A stretch of 64,000 nt of DNA from Candidatus Bathyarchaeia archaeon. GTDB taxonomy: Archaea; Thermoproteota; Bathyarchaeia; Bathyarchaeales; Bathycorpusculaceae. The notes beneath the pieces were generated by a model, which was not told the origin of the DNA, ran no database searches, and worked only from the letters and a program-made list of their open reading frames with translations. Positions 47,852 through 57,950 of this stretch are shown piece after piece. Numbering within the stretch: position 1 is the first letter of the stretch; each line of letters opens with the position of its first letter. Both the position numbers and the translations under genes were made by a program. The stretch is from contig JAVYWL010000002.1 in assembly GCA_038727135.1 (NCBI GenBank), positions 96,001-160,000 on the forward strand, written 5' to 3'.

Positions 47852-48157
47852 TTACTTCCTTCTAGTCTTCCGCTTATCTTTCCGTTTTCTGACGACTGTC
47901 ACTGTTGGCTCTTGGTTTAGCTGCCTAATTTGGGCGTTAGGGTATAGCCGTTCAATATCCCTTCTAATTTTTGATAGGTCTACATCCCCATAAGTTTTAA
48001 CGTCAACGACAGGATTTCCCTCTTCATCATAGCTTAAAGACACAGCATACCCAGAGCCTATCTCAATTTTTGCCGGTTCTAAAATGAAGCCCAAATCTTC
48101 AGCCAAATCTAATTTGACAGAGCTTGCAGGTTCGCGTTTATGCCTCCTTTCAGCCAT
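47852..48157 (-). CDS. Hypothetical protein with basic C-terminus
   Basis: 101-aa ORF downstream of TIP49 with protein-like composition. Confidence 0.65.
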   Translation of the reverse strand: MAERRHKREPASSVKLDLAEDLGFILEPAKIEIGSGYAVSLSYDEEGNPVVDVKTYGDVDLSKIRRDIERLYPNAQIRQLNQEPTVTVVRKRKDKRKTRRK

Positions 48158-48244
48158 TAAACCACCGCTTAAAGGAAAGCATAAGGGAATTTAAAGGATT
48201 GCTATTCCAGAATAAGGATTATTTTTACAGTGTAGTAAAATGGT

Positions 48245-49630
48245 TTAGTGCACCAGCAGCTTCTCCTCATACTTTCTCAAGTACTCGGCAGCCTCGCCCA
48301 CATCCATGAATAAGTCGTCAACCCGCTGCACGTCTTCAACGGTTACCTTATCCCTATTGGCTGATTTAGCGTTTTGCGCTGCCAGGCTTAACAGTTGGAC
48401 AGCATACCTCATGGAGCTTTTCGCCCCAACCTCGGCGAGCTTTTCAAGCGCATCCTTATCCAACTTAATCTTCTCCTCAGAAGCGCGAATCCTTAGGATC
48501 TCCTTAATGCTTTCTAGGTCGTAGGGTTGTGTCGCAATTATGACTGAACGGTCTATGAGGTCAACTGGGAAGCCCAGCGGACTCCTTATGTCTGTTCCAC
48601 GGATTCTTGCCACTCCGCGGTTTGTGGCTAGAATTATTATTGGAACAAGCTCACTTTCCATGGCTCTTCCGAGGAAGCTGAAAGCTTCTAAGTCCAGTAG
48701 GTGGGCGTCGTCTATGAAGAGCACGCCTGGATGGATGAAAGCTTTGCCGCTGTCCACCCACTCTTTCACTTGTTGATCAACAGCCATCCGCACTTCGGTG
48801 TCTATCTCCTTCGATTCGGAACCGCCGAAAAACAGTGAGAACAATCCGCCTGAACGTTGCCTGGCATTTAATTCGTCCAAATCCGCCAAGGTAAGCATGT
48901 AAACAAACTCTTTCTCCTTCAAAACCTTGCCATTGGGGCGGGGAATCTTCCTCCGCGTGTCAACATCGTAAGTTTTACCCTTCTGGCTTTCAAGGCAGAG
49001 CCCGAGATTAACAACCCTTCCAGTTTCAGCGTCTATTTGGATAACGTGCCCCTCTGATATCCCTTCGGCAATTATTTGTTGGGCTATGGAAGCTCCAGCC
49101 TCGATGGTCTTCTCCTCTTCCTTTGTTTTCAGTGTTAGCCTAACGCTTTCAGGAATCTTCTGGTAGGGATTGTAGGGGTGTGGCGCCGTTCTGATGTCAA
49201 CCATTGTGACTTCGCCTTCATAGACCTTCCGCATTTCATGGATTTCAACGCCGATGCATTTTCTTATAGCTTCGATAAGAACCTCTGTTTTCTTTCGCTC
49301 AGTGCTGTAGATTTCGCTTCCACTCATTTGTATAAAGGGGACGTTTTCGCCAAGCTCCTTTGAAATAGCCACGGCTATGGCGGTTTTTCCAGTTCCGGGT
49401 GGACCAGCCAAGATAATGCATTTTCCGCTAAGCTTTCCTTCCTTAATCATCTTCACAACTAAGCCTGCAGCTTCTCTAGCCTTTTCCTGCCCAACCATTC
49501 CATCCTTTATTTTTACAGCTTTCAGATTTTCATCTAAGCCTAAACCTTTTATGTGCGTGTGAGCGCCTATTCTCTCGAATTTTGAAACTGGTGTTGTTGG
49601 CAGTTCCCTGATGGCCGCCATAAAGGTCAC
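48245..49630 (-). CDS. TIP49/RuvB-like AAA+ helicase (TBP-interacting protein)
   Basis: AHTHIKGLGL, GMVGQEKAREAAG, GPPGTGKT, PGVLFIDDAH, ATNRG. Confidence 0.95.
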   Translation of the reverse strand: MTFMAAIRELPTTPVSKFERIGAHTHIKGLGLDENLKAVKIKDGMVGQEKAREAAGLVVKMIKEGKLSGKCIILAGPPGTGKTAIAVAISKELGENVPFIQMSGSEIYSTERKKTEVLIEAIRKCIGVEIHEMRKVYEGEVTMVDIRTAPHPYNPYQKIPESVRLTLKTKEEEKTIEAGASIAQQIIAEGISEGHVIQIDAETGRVVNLGLCLESQKGKTYDVDTRRKIPRPNGKVLKEKEFVYMLTLADLDELNARQRSGGLFSLFFGGSESKEIDTEVRMAVDQQVKEWVDSGKAFIHPGVLFIDDAHLLDLEAFSFLGRAMESELVPIIILATNRGVARIRGTDIRSPLGFPVDLIDRSVIIATQPYDLESIKEILRIRASEEKIKLDKDALEKLAEVGAKSSMRYAVQLLSLAAQNAKSANRDKVTVEDVQRVDDLFMDVGEAAEYLRKYEEKLLVH

Positions 49631-49708
49631 CCCACATTAAAGGGTTTAAAACACCTTTAATAGTAACAAGATTTTAAACCAGAAATCACAAGGATAAAAA
49701 TTTAGCGC

Positions 49709-50287
49709 TTATTTTCCGCCCATTTCCCTTCTATCCATCAAGTAATTTAGAACTGTTATGCATGTGGCAGCTAAGTAAGGCTTTTTTCCAAGGGATATTT
49801 TTTCTCCATAGCGCAAGGCGAAAGCTTCAACCTTCTTGGGTAAGCCCACATGGTCCCCTAAAACAAAAACCGGATTTTCTCCAATATCAACTTCAAAAAT
49901 GTCTTTTCCACCTTCCTCAAGAACATATATTTTGGCTTTTTCCGCCTTCTCCCTTATCAAACCCTCAAAGCTCGCCTTGGAAAGGCTTATGCCTGGATGC
50001 GGTTTTCCAGACAAAACTTTTTTCATTATTTGAGTCCATGTGCCCACGTCGGTTCTTACATCATAAAGTGTTAAGCCCTCAACCTTCAAATGTAGTGGTG
50101 GTTGTGGTGGACCATTTAGTATGGCATGGAAAATTGTATCCCTTCGTATAGCATGGGAGAGGAAAAGGCTTGCCACAGCGCATTCGTAAACTATGTCTAG
50201 GCGCCCAGCATCATGCAAGTTTTCCCATCTTGCATCTGTCCGACCCATCCGCGAATACAGAATGAACTCGCGCATATTTTCCACCAT
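49709..50287 (-). CDS. trmY: tRNA (pseudouridine54-N1)-methyltransferase (SPOUT)
   Basis: MREFI, AGRLD, FLSHAIRRD, L.GPP.PP, FVLGDH.G, ISLG. Confidence 0.88.
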   Translation of the reverse strand: MVENMREFILYSRMGRTDARWENLHDAGRLDIVYECAVASLFLSHAIRRDTIFHAILNGPPQPPLHLKVEGLTLYDVRTDVGTWTQIMKKVLSGKPHPGISLSKASFEGLIREKAEKAKIYVLEEGGKDIFEVDIGENPVFVLGDHVGLPKKVEAFALRYGEKISLGKKPYLAATCITVLNYLMDRREMGGK

Positions 50288-50314
50288 ACTAAGCGCTTAG
50301 TGATTTTCCAAGGG

Positions 50315-53300
50315 CTAAACCTTCCTAATTTCCAAGATTTCCTCATACAGCTCTTTGAGGATTTCCTTGTAGTCTGCCTTCCCTTGCTCTATCATATCCA
50401 TTATCGACTCGAGTTTTCGCGTCGCCTCCTCAGAAGTGTATTCTCCAAACGTTGAATTTAGGTATTTGTAGACCTTGAAGCCTAATGTTGTGCTTATGAG
50501 CCTATTCCCTCTTTCAATGGCATAGCGCCTTTCCAAAATTGTTGCAACCGTCTTGGCATAGGTGCTTGGTCTTCCAACACCCCTCTCTTTCATTAATGCG
50601 ATTATTTCGCCTTGGGTGAATGGTCTCGCCGCTGGCAAGTATAGCAGCTTCGCAAGCGTTAACGTGTACTCGCCTTCTTGAACAGCGTTCACAGTTTTTA
50701 TGGGCAATATTGCGTTGAAGCCGTCGCTTAGAATGCTGACGGGGTTCTCGACAAACGTTTGGTTTCCATCTATAAGAACTTTGAATTGTTGGTAAAGGAG
50801 TTTAGCCTCCCTCATTTGGCTTGCAATAAAACGCTTAAATATCAAGTCGTAAAGCTGGAAATGGTCGCTTGTAAGCCTTTTCGGAAACCTCAGTATTCCC
50901 ATAGAGATTAGGTTTTTCAGCTGTTCCACATCTAAAGGCCTTGTGGGTCTAATGCACTCATGTGCGCCTTCCATAAAATACCTTCGCGGAACAAAAAGCG
51001 ACGGATACTTTTCTTGAATATAGTCTTTCGCTATGCCAATTCCCGTGGCGGAAACCGTTGTTGAGTCTGTTCTGTGGTATGTGCACAAGCCCATTTCAAA
51101 CAAGTCTTGGGCAATCATCATAGTTTTTGTAGCTGAAAAGCCAAGCTTTACTGAAGCGTCGCGGAGCAAAGCATCAGTGGTGTATGGCGGAGGCGGGCTT
51201 ATACTCCTCTCTTCAGTTTTTAAGTCAATTATTCTCGCTTTAAGTTCACTGATACGTTTTTCAAGCTGTTCCGCTGGAAATTTGAGGATCGGATTTTCAA
51301 TAGAAACCTTTAAGCCATTTGAAAGCACCACCGACAAAATTTTCTTCTTTTTTCTCGATTCGCTAACTCTTTCTATTATCCATCCTAGCACCGGAGTTTG
51401 AACTCTCCCAGCGGAGAGTCTATAATTCTGGAATCTTCGCCAAAGCTTCTGGCTTAGCTCAAAGCCTATCCAGCGGTCTTCTATCCGTCTAACCAGTTGG
51501 GCTTCAACCATTCTCAAATTGATTTCTCGCCTATTCTTTACTGCTTGGAGAAATGCTTTCTTGGTAATTTCGTGAAACTCCAGCCGCTCAACTTTGTTGT
51601 TCATGGGATAAAGCGAACAGTAAACGTCGTAGGCTATCTTCTCCCCCTCAATATCCGGGTCTGTAGCTATGAGAACACTGTTTACTTCCAAGGCGATACT
51701 CCGCATAGCATCTATTAGCTCGCTTTTTGAGTAAAATTCTTGGCTCTTACACTTTGGACAAAACTCAAAGCCGGTGAACTGCTCTCCGCATTTCTTACAC
51801 ATTTTTATAAAGTCATAGATGGGTATAAAATTTCCATTTTGAATCTTCACGCCATGGAAACCCTCATTAATCACTAGGTCGTAGATGTGCCCCATACTTG
51901 CCACAATGTTAAGCACGAATTCTCCCGTGCTAACCTCAAAAACTGTGATGTTTCCAATTTTCCTCTTGTAGGGCTTTCCAAAGAACCTCGATATAGTTCT
52001 GGCTTTTGTCGGCGACTCAACAATCAAAAGAGCTGCCTTAATAAAGTCCTTAATTCTCTTGACTATTCTGCCCTCTTGAATCTCTCGTAGAATCGTTCTA
52101 TCCTCATCCACCTTTTTGAACCATTTCTCGGCTGTTTTTGCGTTGAATCGTGTCCATGTGGCTTCCCCAAGCATGAACTCGAGTTTACGCCTGAGCGAAT
52201 AGAACGCCTTCTCATCGTCCACAAGCAAGAGGCTCGCACCGCGCGTTATGCCTCCAGCAAACATTCTCGAGGCTCTTCCAGAAGCTTGAACATAAGCTAC
52301 TGGATCTGCAACGATAAGGTAAAATTCTCCATCCCTCTTTTTTAGAGAAACTTCCTTGCTTTGCATGATCCTCTCTATAACCTCAGGCGTGATGGCACTC
52401 TTTAGAAAGCCCCTTGCATCTAAAACAAGCCTTTTAACGTAGTCTTCATAACCGCTAAGCGGTACACTAGCTTCTATAGATGCTTTTATTTTTTCCAGCG
52501 TCTGCTTGTCTGTAGGGGTTATTCTGCGAAGGTTATTGATTATTTGGCTCGCCTTGTCCTGCTGGTTTTTCCCTAGAAACTCCCTAATGTTTTTAAGAAG
52601 TGTAAGAATTTTTGTCGGGTTGCATTCTTCCCAGCTTAGCTTAATCTCCATTCTCGGCACGCCAGCGAATATTACATAGCGGACCCTCTCCGGAAGGTCT
52701 ATACCCCGCGCTAGGGGGCTTCTGAAGCTTGCAACCCCTATTAAGGCGTCATACTCACCCTTCTCGAACTTCTCCAAAATCTCCTCATCCATCTTCACAT
52801 AGGCATGTGTCTTCACACCATTTGCGTTTAAAAAATCGCTAAGCTTAAGCGCACGGCTTCTGCCAAAAACTGATGGAACAAAAATCAAGCATCCGGAACC
52901 AAAACTCTTAATTAAGGATAACACTTGACTTTCAACATCACCGCTTGCCTCAAGATAAAAATCTTTTATATTCCTCAAAAACTCAGGTTTAAAGCCTATC
53001 TGAAACTTTAGAAGTTCCTCGAAGAGTTTTATTCTCCTTGTCCTTTTCGCCTTTACGGTTGCTCCAGAAACAACCAGCAAACCGATATTGTTTCGACTCT
53101 TATAATCCTCAATCTTATTCCTCATAGACTCAATTTGCTGCAGAACCTCCGAATGGCTTTTACCCATCCTTCTTAGCCTGCTTGCCTCCCTTCGAAGGTT
53201 TATGAGCTGAAAGGCTAATTCTATTATGGCATCGTCAAAGCCTAAAATCGCCAAAACCCTATCTATATTTCTCGGAGATTTCAAGAAAGAGTCCACATCA

Positions 53301-53935
53301 TCCACAAACACAAAATCAAAATTTTTGCCCTTCAAAACTTTAAAGTGGCTTATCAAGAACCTTTCAGTTGTTACGAGAATGTCGAAATCACCATTGACCA
53401 ACCTTTCCAAAGATCCTCTTTTTTCTTCCTCGCCTAAAGCCGCATGATAACAAACTTTTCTAGGATGTATTCCAAGCCTTTCTGAAAAAGTATCTATTTT
53501 TTCGGCGACTTGCTGCACAAGGAGGGCTGTTGGCACTATAATGTAGCTCTTCTTCCCATTAAAAGCAAAATAAAGAGCTGCAACCGTTCCCAAAACTGTT
53601 TTTCCAACACCGGTAGGCGCAACTATTGAAAAGTTCCTCTTTAAAAGAATCCTCCTCGCCCACGCCTCCTGAAGAGACCACATCCTCTGCCCAACAGCCC
53701 TCTTAAAAAACTTGGAAAACTCGCCAAACTTCCTATAAAAATCGAAAACCTCGCCAGCAAAATATAATTTTCCCCTCTCCTCAAGAGCCTTCAATGCTTG
53801 CTTCCAAGACCTAATATTCTCAACGCTTTCAAGGCAATTTTCACAAATCCCAAAATGTAAAAGACGCTCATCAGACACAGCACCCCTACAATTCACACAT
53901 AACCCGTGATAAATCCCCCTCAAAGCAACCACCAC
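50315..53935 (-). CDS. rgy: Reverse gyrase
   Basis: N-terminal Zn finger; SF2 helicase APTGVGKT, DDVD, QASGRASR; topo IA VESPTKA, DPD.EGE, SAGRVQ, catalytic TYHRTDS, GRPSTY. Confidence 0.97.
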   Translation of the reverse strand: MVVALRGIYHGLCVNCRGAVSDERLLHFGICENCLESVENIRSWKQALKALEERGKLYFAGEVFDFYRKFGEFSKFFKRAVGQRMWSLQEAWARRILLKRNFSIVAPTGVGKTVLGTVAALYFAFNGKKSYIIVPTALLVQQVAEKIDTFSERLGIHPRKVCYHAALGEEEKRGSLERLVNGDFDILVTTERFLISHFKVLKGKNFDFVFVDDVDSFLKSPRNIDRVLAILGFDDAIIELAFQLINLRREASRLRRMGKSHSEVLQQIESMRNKIEDYKSRNNIGLLVVSGATVKAKRTRRIKLFEELLKFQIGFKPEFLRNIKDFYLEASGDVESQVLSLIKSFGSGCLIFVPSVFGRSRALKLSDFLNANGVKTHAYVKMDEEILEKFEKGEYDALIGVASFRSPLARGIDLPERVRYVIFAGVPRMEIKLSWEECNPTKILTLLKNIREFLGKNQQDKASQIINNLRRITPTDKQTLEKIKASIEASVPLSGYEDYVKRLVLDARGFLKSAITPEVIERIMQSKEVSLKKRDGEFYLIVADPVAYVQASGRASRMFAGGITRGASLLLVDDEKAFYSLRRKLEFMLGEATWTRFNAKTAEKWFKKVDEDRTILREIQEGRIVKRIKDFIKAALLIVESPTKARTISRFFGKPYKRKIGNITVFEVSTGEFVLNIVASMGHIYDLVINEGFHGVKIQNGNFIPIYDFIKMCKKCGEQFTGFEFCPKCKSQEFYSKSELIDAMRSIALEVNSVLIATDPDIEGEKIAYDVYCSLYPMNNKVERLEFHEITKKAFLQAVKNRREINLRMVEAQLVRRIEDRWIGFELSQKLWRRFQNYRLSAGRVQTPVLGWIIERVSESRKKKKILSVVLSNGLKVSIENPILKFPAEQLEKRISELKARIIDLKTEERSISPPPPYTTDALLRDASVKLGFSATKTMMIAQDLFEMGLCTYHRTDSTTVSATGIGIAKDYIQEKYPSLFVPRRYFMEGAHECIRPTRPLDVEQLKNLISMGILRFPKRLTSDHFQLYDLIFKRFIASQMREAKLLYQQFKVLIDGNQTFVENPVSILSDGFNAILPIKTVNAVQEGEYTLTLAKLLYLPAARPFTQGEIIALMKERGVGRPSTYAKTVATILERRYAIERGNRLISTTLGFKVYKYLNSTFGEYTSEEATRKLESIMDMIEQGKADYKEILKELYEEILEIRKV

Positions 53936-53979
53936 CCTAAACGCTGAGCCTCAAACACTTAAAGGCAACAGTTAATGAA

Positions 53980-54072
53980 AGCCTCGGGCGGGATTTGAAC
54001 CCGCGACCACCGCCTCTTTGTAGCCCAATAGCTTTACCAAGGCGGTGCCCCACCAGGCTAGGCTACCGAGGC
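53980..54072 (-). tRNA. tRNA-Thr(GGT) with 19-nt intron at 37/38 (54016-54034)
   Basis: GCCTCGG/CCGAGGC acceptor; CCGCC-TT-GGT-A[AAGCTATTGGGCTACAAAG]A-GGCGG; relaxed BHB. Confidence 0.93.
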
Positions 54073-54137
54073 CCTAACCCCTCAAACACAACATAGACGC
54101 ATAAACGTTTTAAAGGATTTCGCGCTCCCAACAAAAC

Positions 54138-54150
54138 AAACAATTTATAA
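54138..54150 (+). promoter_or_regulatory. BRE/TATA box of tRNA-Leu
   Basis: A-rich BRE followed by TTTATAA (54144-54150), ending 28 nt upstream of the tRNA 5' end. Confidence 0.6.
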
Positions 54151-54177
54151 TCTTGAATTTCTTCCAAGCACTATTAG

Positions 54178-54262
54178 GCGGGGGTCGCCAAGCCTGGTCA
54201 AAGGCGCAAGGCTTAGGACCTTGTCCCGTAGGGGTTCGTGGGTTCAAATCCCACCCCCCGCA
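54178..54262 (+). tRNA. tRNA-Leu(TAG); probable integration target
   Basis: GCGGGGG/CCCCCGC acceptor; CAAGG-CT-TAG-GA-CCTTG; long variable arm; TTCAAAT. Confidence 0.96.
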
Positions 54263-54300
54263 CTGCTATGTTGAAATTTGAGGGGGGTTCATTCCCGGGC

Positions 54301-55593
54301 TTATTCTTCATAAGCCAGTGGGTCTTTGGGTTTTCTGAAGATTTTGCCGCCATCCTCATATTCGCCTGTTACATATTCGAAGCCGGCTTCTATGAGGGCG
54401 CATGCTTCTTTGACGTTGTGGGCTACTTTTGTTATGTATTCTTGTTCGTTTTTGAAGAGCACTTGTGCGAGGTGGATGTATCGCATGGTGTTTTTGATGT
54501 TTTTGTGGCGTAGGAATTCTTGGACGTGGAATGGGTCTTTGGTGCGCCATGCTTCCATTGTTGCTTTAAAGTGGCGTAGAGTTTTGAAGCTTATTTGCAG
54601 CAGCCTTGGATTCTTGAGTTTTTGGGCTATGCGTTTTCTTTGTAGGGCGAAGTTGCGGTTGTGGTGGTCTATGGGCATGCCGGGATTGGAGAATATTCTG
54701 TCGCCGTATTTTCTGGGCAGGTTGTCGAGCATTTGGGCCAGTTCTTTTGAGATTTTGTAGGTTCTTGATTTTGAGCCTTTTTCTGGTGTTACTCTTATGG
54801 TTCTTGTGGCTTTGTCGTAGTCTGTCCATTTGAGTTGCCATGCTTCTCCTGGGCGCATGGCTGTTTCGAGTAGTAGCTGTAGGAAGCATGCCATTCTTGG
54901 GCTGCATCCGGCTATTAGCTGTTTTATTTCTGTGGGTTGGGGTATGAAGGGTTCTTTTTCAACTCTTTTGTATGTTGGGCGTTGCCATGTTCCGTCGTGC
55001 ATGGCCAGAAATGTTGTGTAGGCTTCGCATGCGAGGTCTTTTCTTCCAGCTGACCATGGCTGTTTGGCTATTACTTGTTTGACGCTTTCCGGGTCGTATA
55101 GGTTTGCGCCTAACTTTGCGAGCCTTTTTATGAGTCTGACTCTGCCTTGGATTGTGGTTTCTGCGTAGCCGTTTCTTTTCATATACCAGATGAAGTCGAC
55201 GATTTTTTGTTGGCTTAGGCTTGCTGAACCCTCCCGCTGGGGCATCTCTTGGCGGGTTTCCACTTCGGCCAAGGTTTGCACCGCCTTATGGGCGGAGGGC
55301 GCTTGGCTTAATGCTTCATAGCTCCCTTGGCAGTTAAAAGGTAAGGCTTTTGGTGAATTTAAAATCTGCCTATCAATTTTCTGAAGGTTTTGAGACTTGT
55401 TTAAACTGTTGAGGCGGGTTTCGCTGAATCTGTAACCACAGATATTGCATAAGTAACGTTGAATGAAGGTGCCATCTGTCAGATAGCGTAGCCCATCTTT
55501 GTAAGTTTTTGTTGAATTGCATAAGGGACAGCTTATGGGCTGATGGTTTTCAACAGCATCGGTTGTTTCCTCAGCCTCGTTCATTGTGGTCAT
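54301..55593 (-). CDS. Tyrosine recombinase/integrase with N-terminal zinc ribbon
   Basis: Catalytic R (TAMRPGE), K (PEKG), KTLRH, LRHKN, Y (TMRY); CPLC...QRYLCNICG; ATG at 55593 overlaps the helicase TGA (ATGA). Confidence 0.92.
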   Translation of the reverse strand: MTTMNEAEETTDAVENHQPISCPLCNSTKTYKDGLRYLTDGTFIQRYLCNICGYRFSETRLNSLNKSQNLQKIDRQILNSPKALPFNCQGSYEALSQAPSAHKAVQTLAEVETRQEMPQREGSASLSQQKIVDFIWYMKRNGYAETTIQGRVRLIKRLAKLGANLYDPESVKQVIAKQPWSAGRKDLACEAYTTFLAMHDGTWQRPTYKRVEKEPFIPQPTEIKQLIAGCSPRMACFLQLLLETAMRPGEAWQLKWTDYDKATRTIRVTPEKGSKSRTYKISKELAQMLDNLPRKYGDRIFSNPGMPIDHHNRNFALQRKRIAQKLKNPRLLQISFKTLRHFKATMEAWRTKDPFHVQEFLRHKNIKNTMRYIHLAQVLFKNEQEYITKVAHNVKEACALIEAGFEYVTGEYEDGGKIFRKPKDPLAYEE

Positions 55594-57527
55594 TTCACTC
55601 CGTATTTTCCGATGGCTGGTGCGTCTCTGAGCCAATACTCGTCTTTTAGTAGTTGAATTGTGGGCTGCACTGGAAGGTTGAGTTCTTTTATTTTTGCTGC
55701 CAGAAGGGAGCAGTCGACTAGTCCGTCTTCATCCTTGTTTTCGATTAGCCATGTTTTTAGTTGTTCGAGTTTTTCTGCTATGCTTTTTGTGTCATGGCTG
55801 TCAATCGTGTCAAGGGTTTGTGTTTCTTTTATTGAAACTTGTATCATGTTGTTGTCGAGTTCTTTTATTTCCCAGTTGTCGTTGTTAAATTCTGGTTTTC
55901 TTTGGTTTAGGGTGTAGAAAACCTTTGACACGTTTGACAGGGTTGACATGTTTTGGCTGTAGCGGATGCCCTTGAATGTTACGGCTCTTGTGCCGTTTAT
56001 TTTTGGTCTGTGGTCTATTACTGGGATGTGTTGAGGTAGGTTTTTGAAGAATGTGTCTTTTGTTACGCATGGGATTTTTCTTTCTCTGCAGTAGGCTGCA
56101 AAGGCGTTGTATAGGTCTTGTTTTATGATGAAAGCATCTGAGTCTACTTCAAGGCAGTCCATGACGAAGGCTGCTATTGGGCTGCTTTTACGTATGTAGT
56201 CTTCGCGGATTTCCTCTGTTGTTTTGCTGTGGCTGAATTGTCCCTTTTTCAAAAGCCTTTTTAATGCTGGTAGGACAAGGTTTAGTAGTCCGCTGAGTTC
56301 TTCAGGCGTCGTGAGTTTTTGCAGTATGTATGGGTCTGCTTTGTCGTTTATGAATTGGTTTGGGAAAACTATGATGAGCCATCTGCGGAAGAAGGCGTCT
56401 GTGTCGTCGTAGGCCTCTGGCACTTTGTTGGCTGAAAACAGCAGTTTGGCATAGTTTTCGAAGGTGAAGCTGTTTTGGAATTTGCGCTCCGCTACTATTA
56501 GGTCTCTTCCTGTTAGCATTTTGAAGGTTCCTGTTCGCCAAAGGGCTTTGTCTGGTAGGTCGGCGTAGATATTGGCGAGTTTGTGGTGTAGGTCTGCTTT
56601 TGCGAATCGGTTTTCTTCAAGGTCTTGGAGGCTTCTTCCGCTTACGTTTTCTTTTCCGATGAATGCTTTTACAAGGTTTAGGAAGGTGCTTTTTCCATTC
56701 GAGCCTCCGCCTACAAGCATTAGGGCTTTGGCGATGATGTATTCGCGGTATAGGCAGAAGCCAATAACTTCTAAGAGGATTTGAATGTCCTCTTCTGTGG
56801 CTGTTATTTGGCGTAAGAACTGTTTTATGTTGGGGCAGTCAGCGTTTGGGTTGTATTTTACTGGGATTTTGTTGAAGAACATGTATTCTGGGGTGTAGGG
56901 CTTAAGCTCCATGGTGTTTATGTCTAAAACACCGTTTTCTAAGGGAATCAGGTTTGGCGGCTCCTCTTTCCTGTTAACGTATGTGGAGACTTTGATGTAT
57001 TCGATGACTTCTTCAGCTCTGTTTTTGCGGTATTCCTTGCCCAGCCTTGCCTTGCATTGTTGTTTGATTAGGATTTCGCCGTAGGGTTGGTAGAAGCCAT
57101 CATTGAAAACGTAAACCATATCCGTGTCTTTCATTGTTATGAAGCGGTATTCATTCATGAGTTCTTCTGCCAAAAGTTTTGGGACAAACTTTCCATTGTC
57201 AAAATATTTTTCGGGAAACTCTACAGGCTCTTGTTTTATTGGTTTGGCTAAGGCTTCTTCGAGTTCTTGTCTCTTCTTGGTTTTGGGTTTGGTGCAGTAG
57301 TTTCCGCAATTTTCGCATCTGAAAAATTCTGTTCCAACGTCGTCTACATGGCTTGGTTTTAGGCTTTCGCTACCGCAATAGGGGCAGAACAATTTTTTAA
57401 GAAAGCCTAATTCGTCATATTCACGTTTTGCTGGAAGGTTTTTATTTTGCGATGTGCTGTTTGAGGGCATGGATGCTGAGGTGTTGTGGCTCTGTCCTTG
57501 GGAAGAAACTGAAGTTTGGCTCAGCAT
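55590..57527 (-). CDS. P4/D5-like SF3 replicative helicase with N-terminal zinc ribbon
   Basis: CPYCG...CENCG; D5_N-like ENGVLD...YNPNADCP; Walker A GGGSNGKST; KLLFSAN; FFRRW; C-terminal wHTH. Confidence 0.9.
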   Translation of the reverse strand: MLSQTSVSSQGQSHNTSASMPSNSTSQNKNLPAKREYDELGFLKKLFCPYCGSESLKPSHVDDVGTEFFRCENCGNYCTKPKTKKRQELEEALAKPIKQEPVEFPEKYFDNGKFVPKLLAEELMNEYRFITMKDTDMVYVFNDGFYQPYGEILIKQQCKARLGKEYRKNRAEEVIEYIKVSTYVNRKEEPPNLIPLENGVLDINTMELKPYTPEYMFFNKIPVKYNPNADCPNIKQFLRQITATEEDIQILLEVIGFCLYREYIIAKALMLVGGGSNGKSTFLNLVKAFIGKENVSGRSLQDLEENRFAKADLHHKLANIYADLPDKALWRTGTFKMLTGRDLIVAERKFQNSFTFENYAKLLFSANKVPEAYDDTDAFFRRWLIIVFPNQFINDKADPYILQKLTTPEELSGLLNLVLPALKRLLKKGQFSHSKTTEEIREDYIRKSSPIAAFVMDCLEVDSDAFIIKQDLYNAFAAYCRERKIPCVTKDTFFKNLPQHIPVIDHRPKINGTRAVTFKGIRYSQNMSTLSNVSKVFYTLNQRKPEFNNDNWEIKELDNNMIQVSIKETQTLDTIDSHDTKSIAEKLEQLKTWLIENKDEDGLVDCSLLAAKIKELNLPVQPTIQLLKDEYWLRDAPAIGKYGVK

Positions 57528-57544
57528 CCATGCTTTCCTCCGTT

Positions 57545-57949
57545 TTAGCTTGTTTTGATTGGTATTCGGAAGTGGGAGTTTTTGCCTGATGAGATGTATT
57601 CGCCGCCTTTGGCTTTGACTATGTCCGCTATTTTTGCAAAGTTTTCTGAGCCTAAGAATTGGCGGGGCTTTATTATGCAGAATCCTTCTCTCTCTTCAAA
57701 AGTGAGTAGCTGCCGCAAATCTTTTGGGAATAATTCGTCTATGCTTTGCGATTTTTGGTCTTCTGCAGTTGTTGTTTTTGGTTTAGATAGCCATCCGTCG
57801 ATTAGTCCTGTCAGATTAGCCTTTGTTACTTCCAGCTCTGCTGGGTCATCTATGAGAACTTCGATTTCATAGTATTCTTTTGTCCATTCTTCGGCTTCGC
57901 TTGGTCTTGAGGTTTTCCCCTTGCCTACTGTTAAACGTTGGAGGTGCAT
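57545..57949 (-). CDS. Hypothetical protein of the element
   Basis: 134-aa ORF tightly packed in the replication operon with an upstream SD (GGAGG). Confidence 0.75.
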   Translation of the reverse strand: MHLQRLTVGKGKTSRPSEAEEWTKEYYEIEVLIDDPAELEVTKANLTGLIDGWLSKPKTTTAEDQKSQSIDELFPKDLRQLLTFEEREGFCIIKPRQFLGSENFAKIADIVKAKGGEYISSGKNSHFRIPIKTS

Positions 57950-57950
57950 T

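Noticed and set aside
54238-54760. Plus-strand ORFs antisense to the integrase, and similar shadow ORFs across the window
   Set aside because: Fully overlap well-supported genes on the other strand; skewed composition depletes stop codons.
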